DNA of 64,000 bases from Antedon mediterranea (taxonomy: Eukaryota; Animalia; Echinodermata): assembly GCF_964355755.1 (NCBI RefSeq), contig NC_092676.1, positions 23,082,871-23,146,870 of the forward strand. The letters run 5' to 3'. Of the stretch, positions 27,664 through 40,009 are shown one piece after another. The stretch's first letter is position 1; each line of letters starts with the position of its first letter. Under the pieces are notes generated by a model. That model ran no database searches and was not told where the DNA came from. It saw only the letters and a list, made by a program, of their open reading frames with translations. Position numbers and translations under genes: made by a program.

Positions 27664-29229
27664 TCATTTGTCCTTCTCTTTAAAGTACTCGGCTTGAAAT
27701 AGAAAAAAAAAATGTGCATTTCAGTTTAAAAATACTTTTTTAATTACAGTAATAGAAAAAAAATGTTATCTTTGTAAAGACTGAAAACACCCTGTCTTAC
27801 CAAGTTTTTCAACTGCTTCAACACAAACACTTGGAAACATGTTGGCATTGTAGGTGCCAAATATGATCAAACTTGCTGTCTTCACCAAAACTAGTCCCAA
27901 CTTATCCTTTCAAAACAAAAAGTGATATTAGCTATTTATGAACCTTCAGTTTGCATTCGATTGGGACTTTAACGTTGAGTATTGTGTTTCCAGTTCAAAT
28001 TAGTTTATTTGAATAAATATTTTGAATTCTACGTTAGTATGCAACAAACAAACGAAAGCGCTCCGAAACTGAGTGAAGTACTTGACAAAATATTGCCACA
28101 GAGGGCACATATTGATCGATATTTCAGCCCATGTTAAAAGAATACAAATTTTTCTTTTTTGTTTGTGAAGTTATTAATGAACCGGTTTTCTTGAATTTCA
28201 ATAGGCATGTTCTAAAAGTATATACCTATTAACACCAACAGATTCAGAATAATTGAAAATTGTAGGTGCTACGTCGTGAGGTGGTTTCCCGAATGATCGT
28301 AAAATCAAAACGGTACTGGGTATGACCAACTAGCGTTCTTGTCACCAACTAGCGTTCTTGTCACCAACTTGTCATCCATTCATAGAAGTACTGATGTAGT
28401 AGCCTATCTGTACGGTGACCATAGAATGTGACCCGAGACATGACTAACTACGACTTTTAATTGATAGAAGATTGAAAAAATTGTTAAGAAGAGTTGTACT
28501 GTATGTGGATGTTTAATGAAATTATGTCAATAATGTTTACACACTAGGCATATAAATAGTAATGTTTGTTAGTAAAATTAATTTTGAGTTAATAAGAATA
28601 AGGTATAAGGAAGAAAAGCAAAGAGACTATGGCGCGGCTATTCCTGAATATACAATACTAAGTATCGTAGTTTTAAATATTAATTTTTAGGCGATCTTGA
28701 CAAAGGTCAAGCGCCTATAGCCTGCCACGTTTCGATATTCAATATTCAAATAAGCATACAAAGCATGTACTATACTTGGCAAAATTGTATTTTGCCAAGT
28801 AATGAATAAAATTTAACCATTCAAATAATAAAAAAGTAGTAAATCATCGTTTTTGTGTATACTTACAATTTTTGCATATATGGAGTTTTTATCTGCTCTG
28901 ACGCACTTGTAGAGTTTGTCATTGTAGAATAAACCTTCTTCCCGAGTGCGTGGAGGGTCCTTAAAAGCACTCACTAACCTTTGCATCTGGTCATTGTGAA
29001 GCTACAAAATAAAACCATTGAATATTTTACACGATATATTACAACATTACATACATACAACTTCTTTTATTCCATATTATAATTATAAATCGCTCTGGTA
29101 TGTATCTCTTACCGTGAATCCTGCAGAGCTTGCACGTAATGACATGTCTTTTCGTCTGATGATTGCGCAATGTTCGACGTGACCTGTGCCAATAAGAGCA
29201 TCGTGTAACAGATTCTGAAGTTGGTTCAT
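27664..29229 (-). CDS. PFN4: Profilin-4, 128 aa
   Basis: Exons 29229-29113, 29001-28867, 27906-27801, 27692-27664. MNQLQNLLHDALIGTGHVEHCAII...REEGLFYNDKLYKCVRADKNSIYAK...GLVLVKT...MFPSVCVEAVEKLAEYFKEK matches remembered human PFN4. Confidence 0.93.
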
Positions 29230-31089
29230 TTTGGACCGATCCTAAAAAAAGACATAACTTATTAGAAACCATTTTAAAAGTGAAAAAATTACACTAAAAA
29301 AAAAAATATTAATAGTACAAGTAAATCATAAGTAGATTCCGAGGGTGTACAAGCTGCCTTTTTTAGAGGATAACAACAAATCTACTCGTAAATTTTGTTG
29401 GTTTTTAGCAAATTATATCAAAATCAATGATAATTTCGCATTTATTTAGTTCTCAGTGTACATTCATCTTGTATTTCTCACAGAATACACACAATTGTGT
29501 ATTTTTTTTTAAATCACAATCAAAGAAAAATTGTACACCTGTTCAGGTAGATGTGGCGTATCCGGATCAATGTGTTCTATAACTAGTTTCACCAATTCTT
29601 GAATTTTATCAAGTCGTTTGTATGCAGTGGCTTCAACCATGATTCAAGCAATGAAACAGATTTCAATGAGAGGCATATGATAGATAATACAGCTGGGTAC
29701 AATTATGGAGCCAATTACCTCTGCGTGTAAAGTACTGTTGTGAAAGTCTTGTAAAGCAAGACCAGTTTTTAATGCTCCCTTGTTTTCTGCAGTTCTCTTT
29801 TAAATTATACATATGTTTCCAGACCTTTCACCTGCACCCTATCCCAGTATAGCGAGAGATCAATGCACCAAGCACTCTTGCAACAAATTTTAAACTTGAA
29901 AACAATCATCCAAAAACCTAATATAAAAGACGTCAGAAATGCTATCGCTATCTTCTCAGAGCTGACGTTTAAGAGGATGCAGGTTTCCAAAGGTGATAAC
30001 TGTACTTATATAGGCTGGTGAAAGACAGAATAATAAAAGGGAGGTAGCCTGCTACAACTGTAGGTATGGTAACAACATAACTTCAGTCACAGTTCATAAA
30101 GTTTATATACATGTAACTTGAGAACTACAGTACACACATCAGGATCAAAAGTCAATTTGTTGAAACTTGGTTTTAATTAAAACAACTTTCACCAAACCTG
30201 TAGCATAGAAAAGCTGTATAATGGACAATACTGCTTTTTTAATGTTTTTGATAAAGAAAAAAAACCTAATTCTCAGCACTAGTACACTATAAGGATGTAA
30301 ATTCTTCTAAGTTCCAGTGAATTTAGATCTTCAACAGTGTGGACCGTGCCCCTGTACTACAGCTGTGCTCCTAGTTTTTATTGATTTAATTTGCTCTTTA
30401 ATTAAAAGAAAATCAAATATTTCAGTATAAACAGGTGAATCTTAGATCATAGTAAATTATACACAGAACAAATCACCACTGTATAATCAATGTCCAATGA
30501 ATAAAACGATTGCAGACGGAGCAGATGAAACGACTGGCAGGCTGCAACTGTAGATAATGTATAGATAGTAGCAAGTAAATTACTACCGAATGCTTAAAAG
30601 AGTAATATTAAGACAGTTATTTCAGAAGAATGTGACTTTAATTAACTTCCGTACAGCATCTTGATCTTGTTATCATCCTAAAAATACAGTATCGTCGTAC
30701 GATATTAATGATATACTTATTTTTATATCACATGTGCATACTTCCAGCCAAAGAAACTCAAATCAATAACAAATGTAATTGCTTTTATAATTAAAATTGT
30801 GTGTCCTTCACTGCTGATGTAGAATTACTTCTCTTAGCAACCCTTCATATGAATAGTAAATAGAGTCCCTGTGTTGCAACAGGTTTAACAAGCCTCTTTG
30901 TAAACAGCCTTTTGTACAATGACAATGATGGTGTCTTTGAAAGACAAGTTTGATATTTTTTGGTCATGAGTCAATGAGCAGATTTAGGAGCATTGATATG
31001 CAAAGTGTTTTCTTTGAATGTGTGGGTAATCCTAACCTGGAGGTTATAATAAATACAAAGTGTGGTAGATACTCTATACATTCGACAGC

Positions 31090-31248
31090 CAATGGCGTAA
31101 CAGAGACCTGGGAGGCCCTTGGTTTTAGGTACCCCTGGCCCTCCAACGGTGGAGGCCTCAGGCATTTAAGCATTTTTTCGACATATTTTAATGCCTGTTT
31201 TTTCCTCTGGGCAAAGCAACGGGGCCCCCATAACCTCCAGGGCCACTG
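31090..31248. mobile_element. hAT-like MITE, related to 54262-54433
   Basis: Begins CAATGGCGTAACAGAGACC and ends GGCCACTG. GC-rich; TSD not preserved. Confidence 0.55.
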
Positions 31249-31885
31249 AGTTTGCCAGTAAGCGCTCATCATAGCCATTCACCAAAGAGCAATCAGCAAT
31301 ATAGTTTTTTCTAGTGAATCCACTAGAGAGCACTATCTTTTGCAAGTGTGGAAACCCTGAACAACAATGATCATGTAACAAATTCTGTGATTCCTCTAGT
31401 AACCTGCCGTGCTATGAAACAAAATTTCCAGTTCACACAGATGAAAGAAAAAAACATTTGTTTTGTTATAGATGCCTATATTTCTGATAGGAATAGTTTG
31501 CCTCACGCCACTTAGTCCTAACTTATGTTGATTATTGACTGTTTTACAAAATTTAATTTGAAATGTGACCTACAGTAATACCTAGACCATAAAGGTATAA
31601 TTAAACCATGAAGGGTATGCCTACTATGATGAATGAGGACAAATTCATCATGCATTCATTGTTATTTTTATTGTATACAGCTACACGTGCTATTTAAAAG
31701 AAAGATTAACAACACACAACTGTTCTATGATTACACTACAACTTAAAAAGAATCATAAAAACCATACTAATTGATTATTGCAAGAAATACAATACCTTAT
31801 AAAGAAAAGATCAAAAATGTTTTGTTAATAACAATGTTACCTTTCTGTCATTATTTCCCGATAGAGGGCGTGAATAGCGTCTGCC

Positions 31886-31899
31886 GTATCCTTGGAAAC
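31886..31899. promoter_or_regulatory. RFX X-box in the PFN4/FAM228 bidirectional promoter
   Basis: GTATCCTTGGAAAC is an imperfect palindrome fitting the X-box pattern. It lies between the divergent first exons of two cilia/sperm-associated genes. Confidence 0.65.
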
Positions 31900-32264
31900 C
31901 AAATGTAAACTGCAAATTCCGAACAAAGTACTGTCCACAAATCCTAATTAAAAACTATTTAATCAGAAATATGTCGATTTAATATTAAGCATTGAAGAAT
32001 ATATATAAATCAATGAACATTATAAGTTCATTTCTAATGGTTATATATTTGTTTAAACGAACATAAAGTCGTTTACAACAGTTGTAAATAAGTGTGACAA
32101 CGCGATAAACATTGTTTTGACCACCCCCACAACTTTCTGCCAGTCAAAACATTAGGCGCGCATGCATGTGTGTGATCGACAAACAATGAATCGGTAGCGA
32201 AGTAATGCAAAATGTTGATTTAATTTAAAGATTTTAGCCTGCATCTTGGTGATTATCAGCAGGA

Positions 32265-35200
32265 ATGTATAGGGAAAGAAGCTTCAATAGAGAGCCAAAT
32301 CTGGGCAGTATTACGGTTCATGCACCGGCTTTACGACGAGAACTTACAGCGATTGATCCAGCCCCGTCTGTTACAGTTGATCAGGCTGATTACATGCAGG
32401 AGAAGGTATAGCTGCTCGGGTGTCATGGACTCTAGGATCATGTGCCTAGCTAGGCCCTATATGTAGGAGGCCTACAGTAGCTAAGGCTAATATTTATTTT
32501 TAAGAACAAGTTTGAAAGAACTTAAGGCCTAGTAAAAACTATAATAATAATATAGATAGGCCTACTAGTAGGCTATAGTAGGCTAGGCCTTATAATATAA
32601 TTTATTTACAGAAAAATACAAATTAAATTTTTGTTTAAATATAATAATATTAAAATTACGCATGTAATAAATAAGGTTCTCCTATCTAGACCATTTCCTA
32701 GGCCTATAAGTTATTGGGATATCCATACATTTTTTCTGATTTATATTCTAATTTTGTAGGACGCAACAAAAAAAAACAGTTCAGCCAGACGACCATGGTC
32801 TTCACCAAACCCAAGTCGTTCAAACATCACTCTATCAGCTACCAGTCGTTCTACTATTGGACAAGGCAGTAAAATTCAGAACTGGTTGAATGAAAAGGCA
32901 GTAAAAGGAATTCAAGAAAAGGCTGATCCTGAATCATTGACTACAAAGTCTCTGTATAATCCTATTCTGCATCGTGAAGATACGTTTGTCAGGGTAAAAC
33001 TCCTATTCTATTTTATTAAAATTAACGCTGTTGCTAAAGATACGGTACCGTATCCATGCTTTTAAAAACTAAAGATACGGTAATTATAGAGGGCGCTTCC
33101 GTTTGCTAAAAGTACGGTAAAATTGCATTCCTAAAACTCGTACCTAAATATAAAACTCCTTCCTAAATATAAAACTCGTTCCTAAATATTAAATTCCTTC
33201 CTAAATATTAAAAACCTAACCCTCTAAATAATCTCTCTTAAATTAAAAACTAAAAAAAAAAAAAAAAAAAAGACGTCAAGAAGAGTATCGAACCTACAAC
33301 CCCTTAAGCCAAAGCCTCACCACATGCCCACTAGGCTACACAGCTGGCTTGCAGAAAACCAATGCAATAACCTATTTGATTAACATCCACATTACATAGC
33401 GCCCTCTATAATTACCGTACCTTTAGTTTTTAAAAGTATGGATACGGTACCGTATCTTTAGACATAACGTAAAATTAATGCCATGAACATTCATTTACAA
33501 ATGAGTACAAACAACAATAAATATAGGAAAAGAAAGACCATGTAGGTGCTACCTACTATGTTACCTAGTTGGTCAACCACAAACAGAAAAAAAAATAATA
33601 TTATCTACAAACAATAAATTTACAACATTACAAAAAATTTACCAATTGCAAACATTTTGAATAATAATTATGTTTATTTATATTGTAGGATGTGCATAAC
33701 TATCTTCTTAACAACTCCTACCTCGATTATCGCAAAAAAGAGATTCTCTACAAGAAATGGCAAGAGCGAGTAAGTGAGCCAATAGAAGCACAGAAAAGCA
33801 ATGCTCTCAAGAATGGATATGCTGATGTTGATAGCAGAAAAAGGAAGTTGTTCGAACAGTACTTAGCGCATATTAATAAGAAGGTATAAGCTGCATTCAC
33901 ACTGAGCCTAGATATGATCAAAGAATACACTATTTGAATCTTAAGCTACATTCACACTGAGTCTAGATTTGATCAAAGATAGCACTGTTTAAATTTTAAG
34001 CTACATTCACACTGAGCCTACAGTAGATAGCACTGTTTAAATGTAGATCCTTTGTATGAATATTAATGAAAGGCTGACCATTGTCAGCTTTGTACTCCTA
34101 ATATATCTGTACTTTATTTTTATGTACACTTATTTGTTCTAGGGTCATGTATTTCTTGACACATTTGATCCTAAAGAGTATGATCCAATGAGGTTAGTCC
34201 ATCCTCGTTCAGCACCTATGGTTGCACGTACAAGAAGGCTTTCAGACCCATTGCTGATGCAGGCCCAGAATAGAAATGAAGAAGATAGGGTCATTCTAGG
34301 ATGTACTTCAGGTACGTTTCTTTCAAGTATCAATTTTGACAGGACAAAGAGTAAAAGGGACACAAACAAATGGAGAAGGCAAGACTCAAACTCTTGCCTT
34401 TCTCTATTCCAGATTCTTTAGGACTGCACATATATTTTTAGAGCTTTATACCACTATAATTCAATCAGTGTCATAAACAAAATTACTTACACAACACAAA
34501 CTTGAAATTGTTTGAGAGAGCAGTATGGCGTATTGGCCAAGGATATCAGACTATAATAGCATGTGAAAGGCATGGGTTCAAGACATGTCTGTGTCATATT
34601 CCTTTTAGATACCTTAGTCTTAATGCCTCATCCTTCCAATGGAATGTAAAGCTGTTGGTCCCATGTATATACATATGCATGGTACTGGAAAGAACTTGGT
34701 ACCTTATTAGAAAAGATTAGTGATCATGGTCTTCTTGTACTGGGTCCTTTGGGAATGCAATATTTTTTAGAAATAATAAAAAATCAATTTTACCTTGAAA
34801 AAGAAACTATCCATAATTAGAAAATATTATTCCAAATACTGTCTGTATAACTTCACAATATTAAACTTAAAGAGTATATGTTATAATATTTCTGTGATTA
34901 AAGTATTTAGTATCTTGTTATGGTATTCACCTAAATTTGTTTTAGTTCAAATTCCTGAATTGTTAATTAAATTGTTAAGATACTAGAAGATGCTTAGTAT
35001 ATGATCCAGAGGTCATGTTTGTCTAATACAGTTATCAAACATAGTCATAGTTTACTGTAGTACTTGTACTTCAAGTGTCTGATGTATCAGTTAGATAATT
35101 AGAGATGCTCTAGGGATCATGTCAATATTATTCTACAATTGTTGACAGCAAAAACATTTTGTTTTGTCTATATGTTTATGCATGGAGGAAATGGTTTATG

Positions 35201-38155
35201 CAATAGACAGTGTGTGATTACCCATAATCAGGTTACATAGTAAAACATTGTATTTACTGCATCAACTGCAGTTGACTATTTTTTTGACATGGTACCTTAT
35301 GTTTTCAAATATAAATATAACTACACTATGTTTGCTATTCCTTGGTTGTATTTTTTAGAAACTAGTGTTTGTTTATATAGTTTATATAGAATAAACCACC
35401 ATAGAAAATGCCTGGATGGACTTAGCTTAATTTGACCTGATCAATTTTCTTATTAGGTTATATGCATGATATGCATATAACCTCTTGATTCTGTCAGAAT
35501 CTTTATTTATTTCTTTATTTATTTATTTATTTATTCTTTCCTTAGCAATATTTGTCCGTCAATTATCTTGATATCAGTTTCATCTAACTAAGTCAATTTT
35601 TCAGAGTATATTTCTTATGGCCAGGAATCGATGTGGTTATGTTTTCACGGTGCGCAATCAAACATTACGCGGTCTACGCGCGATTTAACGAAATCACGTT
35701 TGTAATCATATCTTCACAAGCATGAATCACTTTTAAACAAAATTTGGTACTCATAAATTTCAGGTCATATTTCATCATATGGCAATACAATTACGTGCGT
35801 AGCGCATATAACGCATGCGTACGCGCGCTTAAAATGTTCAAAATTGTCAGAATTTATTTTCGATGAAATTAGAGTACGTTTCAGGCAATTTTAAGCGTTT
35901 AAAAATTGCCATAAGTGCGCAGATTTTTGCAGGCGCACTGCGCGTCAAACGTTATTGCGCACTGTTTTTGTCCGATTACTGTTGTATAACCTTTCTTTAA
36001 CAATATCATCATATTGTATTAACTTTTCAACGCCAAACAGCGTTATACGAGTACGTCAAAAGTGACAGGCTACGCACGTGTAAGTTAACAAAATGGTGAA
36101 AATATGCTAAATTTTAAAATTAATATATATCGTTAGAATGCTCGGGAACACCGATTTTTTATTTCATTTTCTTGAAGTGTATGTATCATATGTATGATTT
36201 ATTATGAAATTAAGAGAACAAAAGTTGATTAAGTCATCATTAATGGCATATTAAATTTACAAAAATTAATTTCGACAATCAAACAAATTATAAAATTTTC
36301 TTAGGCCGAAATAACAAACTTAACATTAACTTTCTTCCTTAAGAAGTTCATATATTAAAGTTAAAAGTATATAGTTTGACAGTGCATCATTTTAAAAAAT
36401 CTTTAAAGATGTCATCATAGTAAAAAATTATAATTCATTGCGGTATGTAATAATCTATCTGCACCAAAGTGGTTACTGCATAGTAAATACACGGAGGAAT
36501 ATTTCCATATTTTTTAGTCAGTTGTGTATGGCTCGGTGGTCTTTGCTCGTGTCTATAGCATTTAAGGTACCGAGTTCGAGTCTCACCTTGGGAAACGAGA
36601 CAAAATAAGATTTTTTTTATTATCCGTATTGTTTGTTCAATTGTATTTCTTAGTGTATAGATTATACAGATATGATTTATAATGAAATTTATTTAAAAAC
36701 ACAAAATGTGGTTTATGACATTATATACGCAGAAGGATCTTTGATCGGATTACGATACCGGCTATTGTATTTGCGTTAGCAAGATCCTATCATATATTAT
36801 AAATAACTAAAGATTCTGAGAAAATCAATCAATCAAAATATCTTAAATCAATCAATTATCTTTATTTAAATCAATGCATATAACCTATAATTCGTCATAG
36901 TGACGAATTAAATCTAGTTAAACATTATTTTTGTGTTTATCAATTACATTATGTTTATTTTAACATGCTACTGTATACTGTAAGTAATATAACATGACTT
37001 ATGAATTAAGAAAACAAAACAATTATAACCGATCAATTTTCTTATTAAACATTATTTTTGTGTTTATCAATTACATTATGTTTATTTTAACATTCTACTG
37101 TATACTGTAATATAACATGACTTATGAATTAAGAAAACAAAACAATTATAACCGTTTTAAATCACTTGTTAAGATTCATTTATTGTTGCCGGTGGGTCTA
37201 CTGTAGGATGGTTGCAGTGAAATATATTTAAATATGGTATAAAAGTTATAATGATAATGAAAACATGCATTGAAGTTTAGTTTTAAGTTTAGTTTAAGCA
37301 GTTTTATTTTATTACTGAGAGGGCTACCCTACTGAAAGAAAACGAAATAAAATATAAAATAAAATATGCTGTCTGTATGTAAATAAATGCATTCATTTAT
37401 AGAGTTTTATTAATATTAATTCATAATATTATTTGATTTTAATATTATTGTTTTATTGTACACAAAAAAAAAGCAAAATAATCACCAAAAAATGTTTTTC
37501 TTTTAGGAGAACGTCTTTCAGATCGGGAAATAGAGCAATATAGACTACCACCATTACCATTGGTTCCGCTTGGACGACACGGCACAGAGTGCCGCACATG
37601 GCTTGCCATGCCACTCACAGATATTGAAAGCCCAGTTAGAAGACAAAGCAGGTAAGGAGGTTCAGTAAAGAATTAAATTACAAAAATATATTTTTATTAT
37701 ATCTTATTTCAACAATATTTGACGAATTATGCAAATAATATTTTATGATTTCTATCTTTTAAATTTGTTCAATGTTTTTCTAATAATAATTGTATATCTG
37801 TCATATTTTAAAATGTTGATACAAAAATAATGCAATAGAATAATAATTTTGAAAATCTGCTAACAAAACAAAAACAGCCAACCCTATTTTTTATTTGTTT
37901 TTGAACTAGACACAATAAACATTTTTACCTTTTAAAATTGTGTGTTTTTTTTATAGGAGGCGAATGCGTGGTACCTTTAACGACCTACATTTTGACGTTC
38001 GTGGATGGGCATCTGGCGCCCAAAACTCAAAATTGGCTGACGAGGAAATGAATATACAAAGGCGGCGTCAATTCTTGCAATACCATCCTGCCATAGCTAC
38101 AGGGACGCTTACGCATAATACGCCAGATACACCCCAAAGTGCTGCCTTGTGTTAA
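32265..38155 (+). CDS. FAM228B: FAM228 family protein, ~360 aa
   Basis: Exons 32265-32405, 32760-32993, 33689-33883, 34143-34311, 37507-37651, 37957-38155 (1083 nt, in frame). Motifs ILHREDTFVRDV, RKKEILYKKWQERVSEP and YLAHINKKGHVFLDTFDPKEYDP are characteristic of FAM228. Confidence 0.85.
33026..33469. mobile_element. MULE/Mutator-like MITE
   Basis: ~70-bp TIRs (CTAAAGATACGGTACCGTATCCAT.CTTTTAAAAACTAAAG.TACGGTAATTATAGAGGGCGCT) and a 9-bp TSD TAAAATTAA at 33017-33025 and 33470-33478. Confidence 0.8.
33886..34042 (+). repeat. Three tandem ~55-bp units
   Basis: TAAGCT.CATTCACACTGAG.CTA recurs three times immediately after a FAM228 donor site. Confidence 0.75.
35455..36919 (+). mobile_element. 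Helentron/HINE-like rolling-circle element
   Basis: 5' palindrome AGGTTATATGCAT-GAT-ATGCATATAACCT, with the sub-terminal repeat ATGCATATAACCT again at ~36873. 3' hairpin AATTCGTCATAGTGACGAATT followed by CTAG-TT. Inserted at TT; TTTA microsatellite near the 5' end. Confidence 0.8.
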
Positions 38156-40009
38156 CGTGCTACTTTCTTTCATAATGTGCTAAACTTTCATTTTTAAATT
38201 TATATTTAAATAATTGTTCTTGATCTTTTATCACATATTATTGAAACATTTATAATCTTGATTGCATATAGTATTTAATTATTAAACTATTCTGAATTTG
38301 GAATCTCATGTGTGATATTTGGAAAGTAATGAATTAACAAAACCAAAGAAATATTGTTATTGAGTAAAATGTTATTGTATATAAATATTGTAAAAGAACT
38401 ATTTAAAAAATGGAGATTACTTACTTGAACGTTTTGATCTTCATCAACCTGGTCATGATGTCATCTAATGTTGATGATTATTTCATAAACAGGCTGCTCA
38501 TAAACAAGCAGTCAGCAAAGATTGTTTGAAACGTTGAGTAAGTACTCTCAGTTTTTTAAATAGCTTTTTCAAAAAATGTTATCTTTGTTAACATAGAAGC
38601 TAATTGATATTCTTTGATGAATGGTAAACAATTTAAAGATGTTTTTATGACTTATGCTAATGTAAAATTTTGTGGTGATATGTATTTTTTCATGATGAGT
38701 ATGAAACGGAAAAGCCTGATGTGTACTACTGCATACACTGAGTGACTTTTCAACTGAAAATGTCTTTCCATTTCATAGGTACGTAATTTATAGGTAAATT
38801 GGTGAAACAATTCCGTATTCATCTGGATTATTCCATAAATTGGATTTGTTGACAAATAATGATAACAGTGCGATTTTAAATGTTGTAAATTATAAGTGCC
38901 ATTTCCAATGTTTTATTATCGCTTTCATTTAATTTGTTTTTAGTATTCGAATTATATGTTTTTTGTTGTTTTTTTTATTTTTTTTTTCTCTAAATTGTAC
39001 ACTTTTTGTTGTCTTTCCAAAACAATGCCTTCCAAAAACCACAGTGTATTTTAAGAGAAATATTAAAACTAATTTATATGTATTCTTTCTTTGTTGATAT
39101 GGAGTAGTAATTTTAAAGTATGAAAACTTTCAATTTTCAGGTTTTCCTCAAAACTTAATGGGTTGCTGTTTTTTGTGCATAACAGAAAACAAACTTAAAA
39201 TAATTTTGGTGGTAATTAAATGTCTTCCCACAATAATGTATTTTCGTCATAATTGTGCTGATTTGAATTATTTGGTGTATGAGATGAGGCTGAATAGATT
39301 GGCACTAGGGTCGTCGAATGGCTGAGGGAGGGTTTACAATTTTCATTTCACTAGGAAATAGGTCGTATTTGGATTCATGATTGCTATTGTGATTGGTGGA
39401 TTTTCATGAGAAAATTTGTTCATGGTTGAATGTAACTGGTTCGTGGTTTGTGACGTAATATTATTATATTTTTATTAATATTTCCTAATGTCTATAAGTT
39501 TCACTTGTAGTTAATAGTAACGCGCAATGAATGAGATAATAAAATGATTTAAAAAGCTAAAAAATATTTTTGTGTAGAATTCATTTGTTGCGTAACATTT
39601 GAGTGCTCAACTGGTTTTTTTTTTCTGTTAGCAAAATGTCGTAGACATATTTATTTTAAAGCATATAAAACAGTAGACAAAGGTACAAGATATGATTGTA
39701 ACATAAACATAATCAATTTTAAAATAATTTGTGTAATATTTACACTATAAAATGCACATAACAATCATTTTAATTCTTTTCTAAATTAACTGTTCTCACC
39801 TTTGTTTTCTATGTTTTAGAGAAAGAGTAACATACATTATACATTATCACAATGTGAATGTACTGTACTGCTCAATTTTATTATCACGCGTCTGAGATAA
39901 TGGTTTATTGCAACCTTCACGAGGCGGAGGAGTGGTTCTTCGCAACCTTTGCTCACCATAAACAGGTTTGGCGGCAGTTGCCTTCCATACAAATTCGTAT
40001 CAAATTGAA

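Noticed and set aside
30950-31381. Cluster of overlapping 64-104-aa ORFs
   Set aside because: These arise from a GC-rich MITE and decayed sequence; no recognisable protein.
36525-36595. tRNA gene
   Set aside because: A/B-box-like motifs lie inside the Helentron with no complete cloverleaf; SINE-derived.
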